Shown: positions 14,190 through 43,936 of the stretch, piece after piece
Layout of the letters: each line of letters begins with the position of its first letter
Numbering within the stretch: the stretch's first letter is position 1
Assembly: GCA_012295275.1 (NCBI GenBank)
Contig: CM022672.1
Location: forward strand, 20,708,001-20,772,000
DNA: 64,000 bases
Reading direction: 5' to 3'
Source: Chrysomallon squamiferum
Taxonomy: Eukaryota; Animalia; Mollusca
Translations under genes and position numbers: made by a program
The notes under the pieces: model-generated
Databases searched by the model: none
What the model was told of the DNA's origin: nothing
The model's input: only the letters and a program-made list of their open reading frames with translations

Positions 14190-14508
14190 TAGGACCGGAC
14201 CAATTTTCTGGTCTCCTTGGGGCCTGAGGTATTCCGGATTTCTGGATTATCCGGTTTTCTGGTACCAAGGAAGATAAATACGTAAATAATTAGGCAAAAA
14301 CATATTTTTAATTAACAACATAAAAAAAACTGACAATACACAACTGTCGCGACTCGACGCGTAAACAATGCGGCGAGTGAATGAACGCCATGCGGCTTGA
14401 AAGAGTAGTTCTCATCTGGTGAGGACAACACCCGCGCGCGAACTATGAAAATAGCATCGGGAAAAATCTTCCGGATTTCAGGACGCTGGATAATTGGTCC
14501 GGTACTTG
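14190..14508. mobile_element. MITE, ~320 bp, with terminal inverted repeats
   Basis: Left end AGGACCGGACCAATT, right end AATTGGTCCGGTACT. Internal TCCGGATTTC repeats, GC-rich relative to flanks, TA at both ends. Confidence 0.7.
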
Positions 14509-14799
14509 TAGTTCACATATATTTGCAATATTGTCTTAATATTAATTAAGAAAGAAATAAAATTACATATTTATTCTTACTACTACTACTACTACTGCTA
14601 CTGCTACTGCTACTGCTATTGCTACTGCTACAGCTACTAGTACTGCTACTACTTCTACTATTAATAATAATAACAATAACAGTAACAATAAATAGTTCAT
14701 AGAATTTTATGATATAATTTAAAATAATTTCTTTGGTAATATAACGAAGATTAATCGTGAGTATACTTAAAAGTAACTGTTTTTGTATTAAAATATGAA

Positions 14800-15310
14800 A
14801 TAATAAACGAGGTACTACATTGATGTAATGATGAATAATAATTCAGAAGATACCCAGTTAACAAGAAAGAATAAGAATATACAAAATATATATCTAAAAA
14901 TTTAATGAGTCAAATAAAAGAAAAAAAAATTAAAACAGGGACATAGGAAATAAATGAGTAAACCAGAAAAGGAAAAATAATAATAAAAAACGTGAAGACA
15001 GAAGAATTAGAAGAATGGGAGCAAAAGTAATTAAGCTAAATTAAAATTAAAATTCTGAATTCGTTGACAACAGAATTCTTTGAAAGATGACTGGAACAGG
15101 TGAGATAACGAGGAAAAAAGAAAGCACAATTAAACATTAAAATATTGAAATAATAGATGCTAAATTTATTAAATTTTTTCTCTGCAAGCAGATAGAATAT
15201 ATCATAGCTGGACTAATATTCAAGAGATTAAGGCTCTATAAATTAATTAAAATATACCAAGGATCCATGAAAGTTCTAACACGAACAGAAATAAAGAGAA
15301 TTTATAATAA
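14800..15310 (+). mobile_element. Possible heavily decayed LINE reverse-transcriptase fragment
   Basis: Purine-rich tract with broken motifs KMTGTGEIT, ADRIYHS and IPR, loosely resembling the K.PG.D.I and N.IY..G motifs of RT N-termini. Weak. Confidence 0.3.
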
Positions 15311-15391
15311 TGTAAAATGTATGTATAAATAAATCAGTTAATATGTAAAATCATCAACATTTTGTAATTTGCAATTTATTTTAAAATTTAA

Positions 15392-15431
<40 letters not shown>

Positions 15432-17780
15432 TCTAAAAAAATATTTTTTTTTTTTATCTTCACTCAAAACAATGTTTATTCTTCAAACATTTAGGTGAGG
15501 TGTAGCCTAGAGGCAGATCAACAGAATCATAAAAAGAAAACAGATATAAACATTTAAGGAAAAGTACTTGAAAGTGATATTTATATGATAAATAAACCTT
15601 AGAACATTCTAAGACAAATTAAGACAAAATTAAGGGGAATAATTCAAATAACCTGTAAGGGGAAAATATCCTAACTAAAATTAATTATTTTGAACAGCAA
15701 CTGCTGTGATTTGCTTCAAATCTAGTTTGTAATTAACATGTTTATTTTTTAAATAACATTTTGCCCAATTAAAAGATATTCTTTTGGGTAGAAAAAATAA
15801 AAGAAATGGAAAAGAACAGTTTTGTTTTCATATAATCTTATTCTACACTTAATAATAACAATATTTTTACTGGGTGTAAAGAAAAACACAATTTTTAAAT
15901 GCTTTATAATAATTTTATTGAAAATATTAAAAAAATACATGTTATCTCTAGAGTATTATAATTAGTACAATAGCCAATGATATAAAAAAGATGAAAAAAC
16001 AAGTATAACAAATGTAGCAATATAAACATTATATCTGGGTGGATGATTAAAAAATAGTTAAATTTGAAATGATTAGATTAGTTTAAAATCTGACTCTTTT
16101 AACAAGTTTACAGGTAACAACCTTAACTATGTGGTACATCACTGATATAAAGTATGAGTGTCTGAATTACATTCAAATCTGGTTTCATTTTGTATTTAAG
16201 TGGAATAAGTTGCTAAAAACAAAAAAGATTTAGACTGGGAAGTTTTCAAAAATTCATTTAAATTGTAATTTAATTTAAATCAAAATGATTATATCAGCCA
16301 ACCTAGATATATTCCTGTTTTAACTACTTTTAATATCAACATAAAATACACAAATTGTATTGCTAAATACTATTACAAATAAGTAAAATAACAACAAAAG
16401 AAAGTAAAAATAAACATTTTTAAATACACTGGTTAAAAAGAAAGTGAAGCAAATATGAACTAAATTCTAGTGTTTTATAATAAAATGCAAAGATATTTAT
16501 TGTAAATGGAAAAAATAATATTAATATGTCTCATAATATAAATATGGGCAAATTTTATCCGAGCAAGTTTAAAGTTGTAATTTCCAATTAAGAACAACTT
16601 AGATGGATGCCAATGATTTTTTTGTTTCACTTATTAAGAAATATTTTCGTTTTCATTTAACAACAAACTGACTTATAATTCTTTTATTTGATTCATTAGC
16701 TTTACGACTGGTTGCCATTCTCATGGGGCCCTAACCAGAAGTCCAGTAGTGAACCTAAAAAATTTGTTCCCATCCATCCTATGCCAATGTAGAAGAAATA
16801 TCATAAAATTAATTGTGATAAAATGATAAAAAGTACCCCAAAAGGTTTAATTGTATATTGGTATATATAAATTCAACAGGATATATATATATATATATAT
16901 ACACAGAGTACATGAATAAAATAAGAAATATCAACACAAGAATATATATATTAAAATGTATTACATAATACATACTTAAAAAGACAATAAATTCATCATG
17001 GATTTTTTTTGTAAAGATTTTTTTATTTTTATTTTTATTTTTTTTTAATTTTCAGTTAAATAGTTACTAATATATTTTTATCAAAAATACACATGTTCTG
17101 GTAAGTTAGTTTGTTCTTTTAACAATTTTAATTTTTAGACAAATTTGAACTGACAGATGTTTTTGTAGTACAAATACTGAGTTAAAACCTTTCTATTCTA
17201 TCTAACAAATGTCTATGAGAAACCAAATAAGAATAATTACTATAAATATAAAATAGGGTTCAAATTTTGAGAAAATGTTTTCTATGACACTTTGATCCTG
17301 TCTCTCACATATTTAGATTGAGATTTCTTATTTGTAGTCTAAACTTCATTTTCAATTCATAATACCAGTTATATTTTTTGAAGTCAGTTACAGATTAATC
17401 AAAATATATTTTCACAAAAAAGTATTCAATTTTATTTCAACTTGGATTTCTGGGTTTTTTTCTCCTCTCAAACAATTGTTATTATATCTCATAGTTACAA
17501 AACTGCAAAATAAATTGAAATATAAAATTAAAAAAATCTTTATTGAAATACAGTTAAACTTTGTTTTAACTAATACAAAAAGTTTCTTATAATATCTTTC
17601 TGTGTCTCCTAAGAAAGTTGTTATTTTGTTACTTATCATGATTATAAAACTGCACAATAATTCTAAATGAAATATATAATTAAAAACACCTTCTTTGATA
17701 TAAAATTATTGATTGTTTTTACTAATACAAAAGCTTGCTTAGACTGTCTATTTTTGTCTTCTCAGAAGATTATTATTTTA

Positions 17781-32620
<14,840 letters not shown>

Positions 32621-33229
32621 CTTGTTTTGATGTTTCCATTGAAATGAATAACGCACTTCGGATCAGGAAGTTATTTGTCGAAGGAAAAATTCATAGCCAA
32701 AAAGGAAAATAAAAAATTAATAATACAATCTGAAACATACGGGTCTACAAGAAGGAAGTATATTACAGTTGCTTGATATATTTTTTGGCTCAATGTTTTA
32801 ATATTTATTTACATTTCAAAGTTTTGGTTTCTCATATAAAAACATTTTCTAAAATTGTTTCTTTCATTTATATAAAATGAAACAAGAAGAAAAAGAGAAG
32901 GAAATAGTATGTCTTTTCTATTACAAAGTATGATTAATAATAATAATGATGATGATGATTGTGATTATAATAATATTTAGTTACTAAAAATTGATTTTAG
33001 AATAAATGATCTTTCAGAGATTAACATAAATTGCATTAACGAAGTCTTTTTTAAATGAAACTATTTTCAATTATATATATATGTCTAGGCTTGCGTCATG
33101 CACTTTTCCTTTGACAGTTTACATCCTGATACAAAGTACTTTATTAATACAGTGGAAACATTAACTCAAGAGGAATCCTTTGTATTTTTAGCTCGTTGGT
33201 GATTGATTTTCACAAACAGCTAATATTTT

Positions 33230-33400
33230 ACGTCTTCTGGAACTCGGTTTTGTACCAATTGGTATACCCAAGCTGTCTTGCATTAGCCCTGCATGACATC
33301 CCGCAATTTGTCATTGCGTTTATTCTCATACTACCTATTCCTTTCCATTTCACAATGTCCAACAAAAATGTAATTGTTTTTTTGTCTGATTCATAGACAG
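33230..33400 (-). mobile_element. Decayed Tc1/mariner transposase fragment (duplicate of ~4670-4830)
   Basis: DIVKWKG...GMSCRANARQLGY, within the segmental duplication. Confidence 0.5.
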
Positions 33401-35188
33401 TGGAAAAACGTCAAGAAAACATGATTTGTTAACTTGCGGGACCACATCATTTTGATGCACTCTAGCGAATGTTAGCAGACTGTACATACATTGCAGACTG
33501 AAATGTACACGAAAGTATCTTTGCTTGTACCACTAGTTGAATGAATTTTTAATTCTTCTTCAAAACCAAAACTTTATTCACATAATAGGTGAGATGTGTT
33601 TATCTTTTTGTACTAAGTATAAATATATGTAAGGGATTATATTCTCCATGTTTATAAAAATTTAACTTTCATTTTATACGCGAGATTATGTTAGAATATC
33701 TTAGCTCTATAGTTATTCACCTCTTACAATTTCTGTTTTTTATCAGGTGCTTGTTGAACAGGGTAAACATTTCAAAACAGAAAGATCAAATTATGCAAAA
33801 TGTTCAACTAAAACGATGAGTTGAATACTATTTTTAAATGTCTCTATAGACAATTGCTGCAAAGTGTACCTAAAAATGTCTAATGGCAAAAGCCATCTGT
33901 ATTTAACAGTATTATTAATTGAAGAAATGTTTAAAATGAACATTTATCTCAAATATATTATGTGGCACAACTGGTTTTGGGTATTGAATTAGATCCACTT
34001 ATCCTGTAAAGGCAAATACTAAATGAGAAGAAAAAAATGTAAAATGTCAGTCTATCCCATGCTCTTTATACACCAGTTTCATAAAGGTATAGAATAAAGT
34101 TTTGTATTGCCAAATAAGTATTGTATTACTTGCTAAATTTAACTGAAAAGATCTTTCATGACTAAAAATACATGACTCATGCAGGTATTATTGTTATGTT
34201 AATGTTCTTCCTTTTCTGCAGACAGTAAAATGTTCAACATAATTAGTATTGCTCATGTTACTGCTAAATGAAAATATTCACAGACTTGAGTGGTTAATCG
34301 GATAATAAACGGAGTTTATTTCCTCACTGCCAACTTTTACACACGCACACACAAACACTAATTAATTAATTGTAATATTAGAAGACAGGATATTGTTAAA
34401 CTATATACAGACTGATTTATCATTACTAACATATTTTGAAGAAAAAAGATAAAAAAAATAAAATTTTAAACTAATTTCATCTTATGCTTCCAGTTTTATT
34501 ATTTCACAGTTATTACATAAATAATGGTATTTGTTACATACATCATCGTTTATAGACGCCTAGTTTATTTTATTTTAGGAATAATAATAATAAAAATAAT
34601 AATAATAAAAAAAAAAAAAGATTGGTGAAGAAAGCATGTCAAATGGAGATACAGGATTAAAGATAAGAGTAAACAGAGTTAATTCCAATATTACATAAAG
34701 GTATATGAAATTAATTATAATACGGTAAAAAGTATAAACAAGGAGCAGCAGGTAGCGATTCATTTTTTTTTCTTTTTCTTTTTTTTCTCAGGATATATGC
34801 ATTTTATCGTAAAAAAATGTACAAGTAAGTATTGTGTTTATCTAGTATTGACGTACATGTTCACAATGCCTTTGATTTCAGTGTCCGTATTCAAAAAAAA
34901 AAGATCTATAAAGTCGTTGCATTTCAAATGTTCTATAAATAATCCTTGTGAATGGTTTCATTGTACACACACGATCTTGTCAAAAGATTTCACGCGGTGT
35001 TTTTTCATTGATTCTTCTAATACGGTTACATACCTATGTTCATATTATTAAATTATTATTTTTGTTTTCTACACTGGCAAGATCCAGATTTACTTCTAGA
35101 AATAGCAATTAAACAAATAACAAGTCAGTAGACACACATACATACATACACACGTTTTAATGCACATATAGAGACACTGATGGATTAA

Positions 35189-35246
<58 letters not shown>

Positions 35247-35559
35247 TAATAATAGTAATAATAATAATAATAACAGAAAGCAATATAATAATAAACTAAA
35301 AACTGTCATGGATTAATTTTCAATCACATATTTATAACTTGAATGAACTTTTTATTGTTTATTTGTTTTATTGTGTAACAAAGGATGGTAATTAAAAAAA
35401 ACCCACGAAGCTGTAAAGATTAGTAATCTGTTATACCTCAACTTAAAATAATACTCATATTTAAAATAATCTGTCTTTTATATATGTCAAGCAGATTATT
35501 TTTCCTCGTGGAGTTTCGAAGTTTAAATAAGTGATAAATATATATAAAAAAAGAAGAAA

Positions 35560-36480
35560 AATGCACAACTAAATATTGTCATCATCATCATCATAATCAT
35601 CATTATTATTAATGTTATTATTATCATCATCATCATCATTATTATTATTATTATTTTTATTATTTTATAATAGAGAATGCTTAGTATTTCTATCGCTTTT
35701 TCCTTCTTGTTTCTTTTTATATAACTGAAAGAAACGAAAAAATGTTTGTATATAATAAACCAAATGTTTGAAATGTAAATAAATATTATCAAACAACTGA
35801 AATAAACTTCCCTCTTGTACACCCCTACATTTCTTGGAGGTTTTTTTTTGTTTTTTTTAATTTTGTTTGGCTATGGATTTTTCCGGTGGCAAAGAACTTC
35901 CTTTATCATTTTAGAGGAAAGATCAAATTTTTTTCACTTCTGTATTTGATCTCATAGATGGTCAGGATAAACTGTTATTTATTTATCTATTTATTTATTT
36001 CTTGTAATAGACGGCAAAAGAATTGAAATTTATACAACAGATCGAATTAAGTTAGTTAGGGCCTGTAACGTAAGTTATGTTATAATGGGCTTCTAAAATT
36101 TAAAAAATACATATTTTTTGGGGCGGGTTGTTGTTTTTTGTTTTTTTTTTTTAACGGAGACCACTGAGATTACCTCGTTATTTTGTACGAAACATATTCA
36201 GAATTATCTGCTATTTAGACAGTTCTGTCCCACAGAGCACAGGGCTATTTTCTTGTGACAAGACGAAATAAAGCGCCTTTCTTAGTATCATAATATAAAT
36301 AATTACCAGACATTTAAATCTAATAATTATAGAAGTGTTGCATTTAATTTTTTTTTTTTTTTTTTTTTGTTATTGTTTTTCGCTTAGGGAAACAGCAAAT
36401 GGCGTTTCAATTAACTGCTTGTCACACAATAATGATATGACTGCGGTGCATATAATATAACAACGTTATAAAATGAGATG
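35560..36480 (+). pseudogene. Inverted decayed copy of the receptor's promoter, exon 1 and intron 1
   Basis: Reverse complement of parts of ~32170-32960. The exon-1 relic ...ttttcacttctgtatttgatctcatagatggtcagg|ataaac at ~35930-35972 has lost the ATG and the GT donor. Confidence 0.75.
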
Positions 36481-37613
36481 TCGTTCGTACAATATCCGCG
36501 ACAGACACACCCCATGACTTTGTCAGACAGCGTGCCTGTCGCAGACGTGCTTCACAACAGCTCGCTCTGATTATACGTTTATTTTTTTCTGTCTGTCTAG
36601 CTCTACAACATAACAGTCCTACATATGAGGTGACCTAGATTAGTACTATATTCCGTAAAATACACTAACGTGTATATACTTCAATAATATTTCTGTCGAA
36701 CGTAATTTTTGAAATAAAATATTTTTATATTTTATTTTTATTTTTCAATTCTGATAAAATGAAAATCACATTTCATCATATTATATGATCGTATTTATTC
36801 TTATTCTTTTTACCTACCTACTTATTCACCAGCTTTCTAAAATTAAATTTATTTACTTAATATTCTTTATTTAAAAAATGACATTAGCTATTGCAATAGT
36901 GAACTAACGACCTTTTTCTTTTCTTTTTCTTTTTTTTTTTTTGCTTTGGCAATAACATTATTATAATTATTATTATCAATTCATTGTTACTATCATCATC
37001 ATTTTTACCATTATTATTACTGCTGTTGTTGTTGGTGGTGGTGTTTTTGTTATTATTGTTATCTGAAATCTTCTGATATGATTAATTATACTGAGTTACT
37101 TTTAAAAAACACAGCTAAAACAAAAACAATAACTCTAATTGTTAGAATTAATACTATTTCTTTCGTGGCAGTAATTTTGTTGATACCACTTTTTGTTTTT
37201 GCATGATTTGTATTTTATTATTTTCCCCCCATTGATTAAAATAATTTAATTACTGATTATTGACAGATTTAATAATTTTAAAAATGTCAGCTTTCAGTTT
37301 GTGGCTAATTCAAAAAGCAAATCTGCCTCTGAAATAAAATTGCTGGTTTGTGTGTAATTTTATTTTATTTATTATTTTTTTATATATATATATACTTTCT
37401 AAAATTATATTTACTTAATTTACTTTCTTACTTATTTCAGTTATCTGCTTATTGACTTTCTTATTTTATTCATTGCTATACATTTACTTATTTACCTACT
37501 TATTTATCTGATTTGTTTGTTTCATTGGTTCTTTCTTTCTTGTTTGTTTGTTTGTTTGTTTGATTTAGCATGGGAGCACTGCTCCACACACCACAGCTCT
37601 GCATAGTGAATGT

Positions 37614-37652
<39 letters not shown>

Positions 37653-37844
37653 CACACACACACATATGAACACACACACACACATGCATAAATGTATTTT
37701 ATTTTTACTGTTGTTTTTGTTTATTTTAGGATGGTAAAATGGCCAGTGAGTTGGACATTAAAAACAAATACTAGTTCACAATTTACAAAATATGGCATAT
37801 AAGTTGTCTTAAATTACAACATTGATTACGTTGATGAGTGTTTA

Positions 37845-38115
37845 CTTTTAAGCAATATGTGTTTACCTGTAAACAATATGTTTACATGCATACAGTATGT
37901 TTACCTGTACACAATGTGTTTACATGTACACATTTCTCTACCAGCATACATTCTTTTATCTGCATACATTTTCTTACCTTTATACAATATTTGTTTATCT
38001 GTATACATTTTCTTAGCAATATACAATATTTGTTTACCTGAATACAGTGGATGATTACCTCTATACAAATCTTTGTTTTCCTGCATACATGTGTTTTCCT
38101 CAATGTGTTTACAGC
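37845..38115. repeat. Degenerate ~20-40-bp tandem repeat
   Basis: Recurrent CAATATGTTTAC(C/A)TG(T/C)ATACA motifs. These explain the overlapping spurious ORFs here. Confidence 0.6.
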
Positions 38116-38524
38116 AGGGTATCCATATAGTGATAGAAAAACACAGTCTCATGTCCTGGAACAGAACTGATTGTACTCGTGTCAGTACATTTGTTTACTT
38201 TACAATACATAAACGAGTAACACAAGTTTTAAATACTTCTTGATCTAAGTACCTGTCATAAACATATTTTTTACTTTTAAAATATTGTTTTATCCGTTTC
38301 TTGTGGTGATGGTTTGAACAACTTTCCTAAATATTATCAACACTTTCAGTGAATAAAGAAAAAATTAAATAATAATAATAAATAAATCAATAAATCAATA
38401 AATCTGAAGCTGTACCAGGTTTGTTGGCCTAATACATTGTTTTAGAAATGTCAGTAAACAAAGTGAGGTTTTGTTTCAACAGACACTAATATTTTCATTT
38501 ACAATAGTCAGTAAAACTTGTCTG

Positions 38525-39230
38525 CAGTGAGAAAGTCACTGTAAGTACTGGTTGTTATGGTAATTATGATTCTGTTACTTTACATGTAGGATGAGAAAGT
38601 CACTCAAAGTACTGGTTGCTATAGTCATTATGATTCTGTTACTTTACTTGTTGGATGAGAAAGTCACTGTAAGTACTGGTTGCTATGGTAATTATGATTC
38701 TGTTACTTTACATGTAGGATGAGAAAGTCACTCAAAGTACTGGTTGCTATAGTCATTATGATTCTGTTACTTTACTTGAAGGATGAGAAAGTCACTGTAA
38801 GTACTGGTTAGTACAGTAATAATTAATTAGTTACTTGACATGTAGGATGAGAAAATCACTGTAAGTGCTGGTTACTGGGATAATTATGATTCTGTTACTT
38901 TACTTGTAAGATAAAAAACTCACTATAAAATACTGGTTACTATGGTAATTATGATTCTGTTAATTTATTTGAAGGATGAGAAAGTCACTGTAAGAACTGG
39001 TTGCAATGGTAAGTATGGTTCTGTTACTTCTTTTTCAGTATGAGAAAATCATTGTAAGTACTGGTTGCTATGGTAATTATGATTCTGTTAATTTACTTGA
39101 AGGATGAGAAAGTCACTGTAAGGACTGGTTGCAATGGTAATTATGGTTCTGTTACTTCACTTGTAGGATGGTCACACACTTTGGCAATACTGGTTGCTAT
39201 GGTACCATGACATTGTTCTGTTATTTACTA
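38525..39230. repeat. Minisatellite, 64-bp unit, ~11 copies
   Basis: GGATGAGAAAGTCACT recurs at 38589, 38653, 38717 and 38781, exactly 64 bp apart, and continues beyond. Confidence 0.9.
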
Positions 39231-41439
39231 GGATAAATACAAACCAAGTCTTTTGCAATGTATCCATGGTTCTGTTAGCAACATGGAAAATAAATGATTG
39301 TGTACACTGGTTGTTATGGTAAAATATATGATTCTACAAATTAACTTTGAGAAAGTCAGCTAATGACTGTTTTATTTTATGAAATATGGTTCTGTATTCA
39401 ACAATGAAAAACACTGAGTTAATTTATTATTATTATTATTATTATTATTTTAATTTAAATTTTTCTTTGAGGAAAGTAATTTATGATGTCCTAGAGATTA
39501 ACTATCATGAAAGTCTGTTAGGCCCTTGATGATGGTCAAAACTTTGTAATATAGGTTTCAAACACCATGACATTGTAAGGATTCTAGATTGGTTTAAAAC
39601 TCTTGTAAAATCCATTAAAAATAAAATGGAAAATAAATGATTTAAAGATGAAATTATAGTATTAATTATAATACAAATTATTTATATCTCACGACTTTTT
39701 ACATTTATAAAATATGTTAATGATTATTCAATTATGAAAAACATTGAGTTAATTTTAATTTTTTAATAGTTTTAAATTAATGATTCTGTATTTTATAATT
39801 AGTGTCCATACATTCTTATTATTTTAATTGTATCAAGAGAAACTTTAATTAAATTATTACTTATTTCGAAATCTGCATTTGTAAACATATGTCAATGCTT
39901 CTGTACGTTTTGTTTTAAAACAACATTTTTTATTTAATGATTTAGAAATACTGATCTCTGTTCAGTCATCAGCTTGTTATTACATGATTTAACATAAAGA
40001 ACAAAATAACTTGTAATATTTATTATTGCAGAATTTTCACTATCCAGACATACTTCCACATTTTACCATTAGTAAACAAATATAGCTATGTATTTATGTT
40101 TTTAAAAATGTTTAAGCAATATTTGTTATTTTAGAATTCTTGATGTCCACATATCCTTCAACATGCCATTGGTCTGAAAGATTTCACACTGGTATCATTG
40201 TTGTGTTATGCTGGTGCCAATGTCAGCACTCCTGTCTTTGTCAGCAAATGCTACTGGGTAATGTAATTATAGCAATTTGAATTAAATCTGAACATTTTAA
40301 TATAGACCATTTTATTAACAATATCAATAGTTTCGAATTTACTTACACCAGTATCATTGTAAAATATTCTTAACAGAAGTGTACCAGTAGATTGTTCTGA
40401 TTGAAAATGTTCACAACATTAATTTATTAAATGCAAAGTATAAATAGTTAATAATGCAATATTATTACATCTTCATTATTAACATGTTAAGTTATTAAAT
40501 ACACAGTTTTCATGCGGAGGACTCTGGCTCAAACAAAAAGATGAAAAAACAAAACAAAACAAAAAAAGAACAGAAAAGTTGGATATAAAAACTGTGCAAT
40601 AATATATTTAAATGTAAAGATAGTGTAATGACTAAATTAAATATTTTGCACTTGTCAAAATGGTAAAAAAAACAAAGAAAAACCTTTAACTGTTAAAATA
40701 TTAAAACAGTTTAGTACATACAGTGTATATTCAAATAGTTGTTTTTGATGAAAATAAAGAAAGTCTCATAAAAAGAAAAATTTTGTTTGTTTTTTTGCAT
40801 GCACTTACCTACCAATTTGAATAAAATTAGCCTATCAACAGATAGCAGTTAAAAAATTCCTGACCATGACTGCAGAAATACTGAAACTGTCAAACAGAGA
40901 TACAGTATAAAATAACCATTCATTCATGTTAAATACTGACATTTAATAACTGTCAAATAGAAAAAAATAATAATAAGTGGCAATAGACATTCATTCATTT
41001 ATTTATTCAAGTTGTGTATTCAAATATTAATAAACAATTTTTTTTTAAAGTGTATTAATTTTGGTCATAATAAGGTTTAGTCAGGGTTATGTCCCTTTAT
41101 ATAACATTTTTAGTTATCTTTACATCAAGCCAATTTCATGTTATATTCATCATTTTGTAATTATTGTATCAGACTTTATAACTATTGAGAAATTACTTTC
41201 AAAACAAAATGAGTTAATCCAAGTGATTAGAATCAAAATATTTTTTACTGAATACATTACAGCATTAGAGTATTCACTGGGATGGGAAAAGGTTGCTGGA
41301 TTCTGAGGCCTGACACACTGAAGAGAAACCTGATCAATTTTACATTATGTATTACCAGTTTTCAGTTTATTGAAAATCACAAATGAATGTGCTATATGTC
41401 AAACCTCTTCAGAGAAATAGCTAGAAAAATTTAGCCTAC

Positions 41440-42690
41440 TCCTGGAGCTAATCCAAAACCAAACACTAATGACAAGAGTTTCCAAGTGTTATATGAAAAC
41501 TCTTTTCAAATAAACAGTTACTAAAATCTAAATATACACCTGGAGCTAACCCAAACTCTAACCATAACTGGAATCCATCATCCAAACCTGAGCCATAACT
41601 AATGACAAGATGATAAATTATTTTACAATTTAACCAAAGACTCATCATAACATGTCCAAAGTTCATTTAAGAAATGAAGACATTATGAAATTTACCCTAA
41701 CACTGATCACAAAATATCCCAAGCTAATCTGAGAAATAAATTTATTATGAAATTTATTTTGACACTAATGACCTCTTCATATATATAGATATAAAATACT
41801 AAACTTAAAACTGAAATTAACCCTAACCCTAAAGCTGATTATAAACGTAACCCTAACCTTTATCTTAGCCCTTTCCCTAGCTATAAAACTGTTAACCCTA
41901 ATTCAAACACCTAATTCTAACCTGAGCTATAACATTTCTTGTAACAAGATGATAATGTAGCTACAAAAATCTAAACCTCAATCTAGACATAAACCTAACC
42001 TAACCCTTGTCCTAAGCCAGCCCTAACCAAAAATCAAACCCTATCTATAACTGAAATCCGTAATCATAACCCAAGCTATAACCTTGCTTGTAACAAGATG
42101 ATAATGTTAAGGATTTGATGAAATAAGATATTTTCAGTTTTATCCTGTCACCAAGCATAAAGATTCCCAAGTTAATTTAAGTAATTTGTTTTTAAAAATA
42201 TGTCCTAACACTGATAAAAAAAATATCCCAAATTAATTTAAGAAAAAAAGTCAATATGAAATTTATCCTAACCCTAATGATAAAATTTTGCAAAGTCTTA
42301 TATGAAAGTCTCTTGAGATAAGAGCTACTGAATACTAAACTTACTAATAGAGCTAAATATAATCCTAAATTTAAAACTTATTCCAACCTCAATTCTAAAC
42401 CTAGCCCTGGCCATAACCCTAACCTGTAGCCTAACACTGACCCAAACCCCTAATACTAACCCAAACTGTAGCCTCTTTTGTGACAAGATGACAGTTTTAA
42501 GGATTTGTTAAAATAAAAGTTATTTTCAGTTTTTCCTTACATCAAACATAAAGATTCCTATGTCAATTTAAGTAATTAAGTTATTTTTAATATAGATTCT
42601 AATACTGATCATAAAACAGCCCAGGATAATTTAAGAAATAAAGTCATTATGAAATTTTATCCTAACACTAATGACCAAAATATTGCAAGG
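41440..42690. repeat. Compound repeat with degenerate CCCTAA-like tracts and ~400-bp duplicated blocks
   Basis: Many CCTAA/CCCTAAC motifs. 42090-42300 resembles 42480-42690 and 41640-41770. Confidence 0.65.
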
Positions 42691-43936
42691 TTTAAAAGAA
42701 TATATATATATATTTTTTTTATTAAATTTAACCACTAATTGAAAGCTGTATGACAGAAAATAATCTTTTCTGTAAACCAAAAGTCCCACAGGTTTAACCA
42801 ATGAAAAGTTTGTGTCACTCAGTTAATATCTTTATGTTTATAACAGAAATAAATGCGTGTACTGTGTGTATTAGGAATGAGTATCTCTTCCCAGTCAGTT
42901 TGTTGCTGTTTGTATCTATTGTTTAATAAGTGACTGGCAAAGCAGCCATTGGTTTAATTCATTGCATTTTAACTGTTTCTATTTCACAATGTTGATTTAG
43001 CCAAATAGGTCATTCTGAGATAACTGTGATAAATTTTGAAGTTATGTCAGTATCATTTCATTTCCATATCCTATTTCTTGAAACCCATTTAGGGTTGATT
43101 GGTTTAAAAGAGTTTCATGGTATTTAAATTAAGTAACAAAAATATCAAAAACAATAACAAACACATACACACATCAGTGATAAACTATAAATGTAAGAAA
43201 ATAATATTTATTTCTAAAATAGAAAATACAAAAATAATTAGTAGACAGGAATTCTGTAAATGATTGTAATTCACACTTACATGAAAGCTAAAATGATTTA
43301 GAAATATGTATAATTCTGGTTAATAATATAAAAATGAAGCTGGGGTAATAAAATCTAGGTAGTAAAATAAAAATATAAAGTGTTTATAACAGAAGTCAAA
43401 ATTACAACAAAAAAAAATTCATCTGAATATTTAAACAGAAAATGATTTTTAAATTACAAATATTTTAATAAAACAAAACTGATACACATCAAAATAACTA
43501 AATTAAACCACTGAACAAAACAACACTGAAAGGCTTTTGGATAAACATAATTAAAATAACATTAAAAAGTATGTTTGGAGATTTGTTTAAAAGCTTAAAA
43601 ACAGTAGCACTGTGTAGGCTCAGTGAACTATTATCACTGTATGAAAACATCATTAGTTTTAAACACAGTTTATAACGTTTGATAGAAATATAACAGAACT
43701 ATAATAATGTAACAAAACAGTAAAGTGCCCACATCAGAAATAACACAAGAAGTTAGAGCTAATCTACACAAATGTAAAATGTTATATGTCTAGCAAACCA
43801 GTTATTACACAGTTGTTAGAATCTAGTAAATATTTATATCAATAAAAGGCACATATATATCTATATCTATCTATATATTCACATGTTATGGTATTATGTA
43901 TAAAAACATGGTTAATCTTAAAGTGTGAGTTAATGT

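Noticed and set aside
38525-39230. 64-bp periodic array as CRISPR
   Set aside because: The whole unit is repeated and there are no unique spacers.
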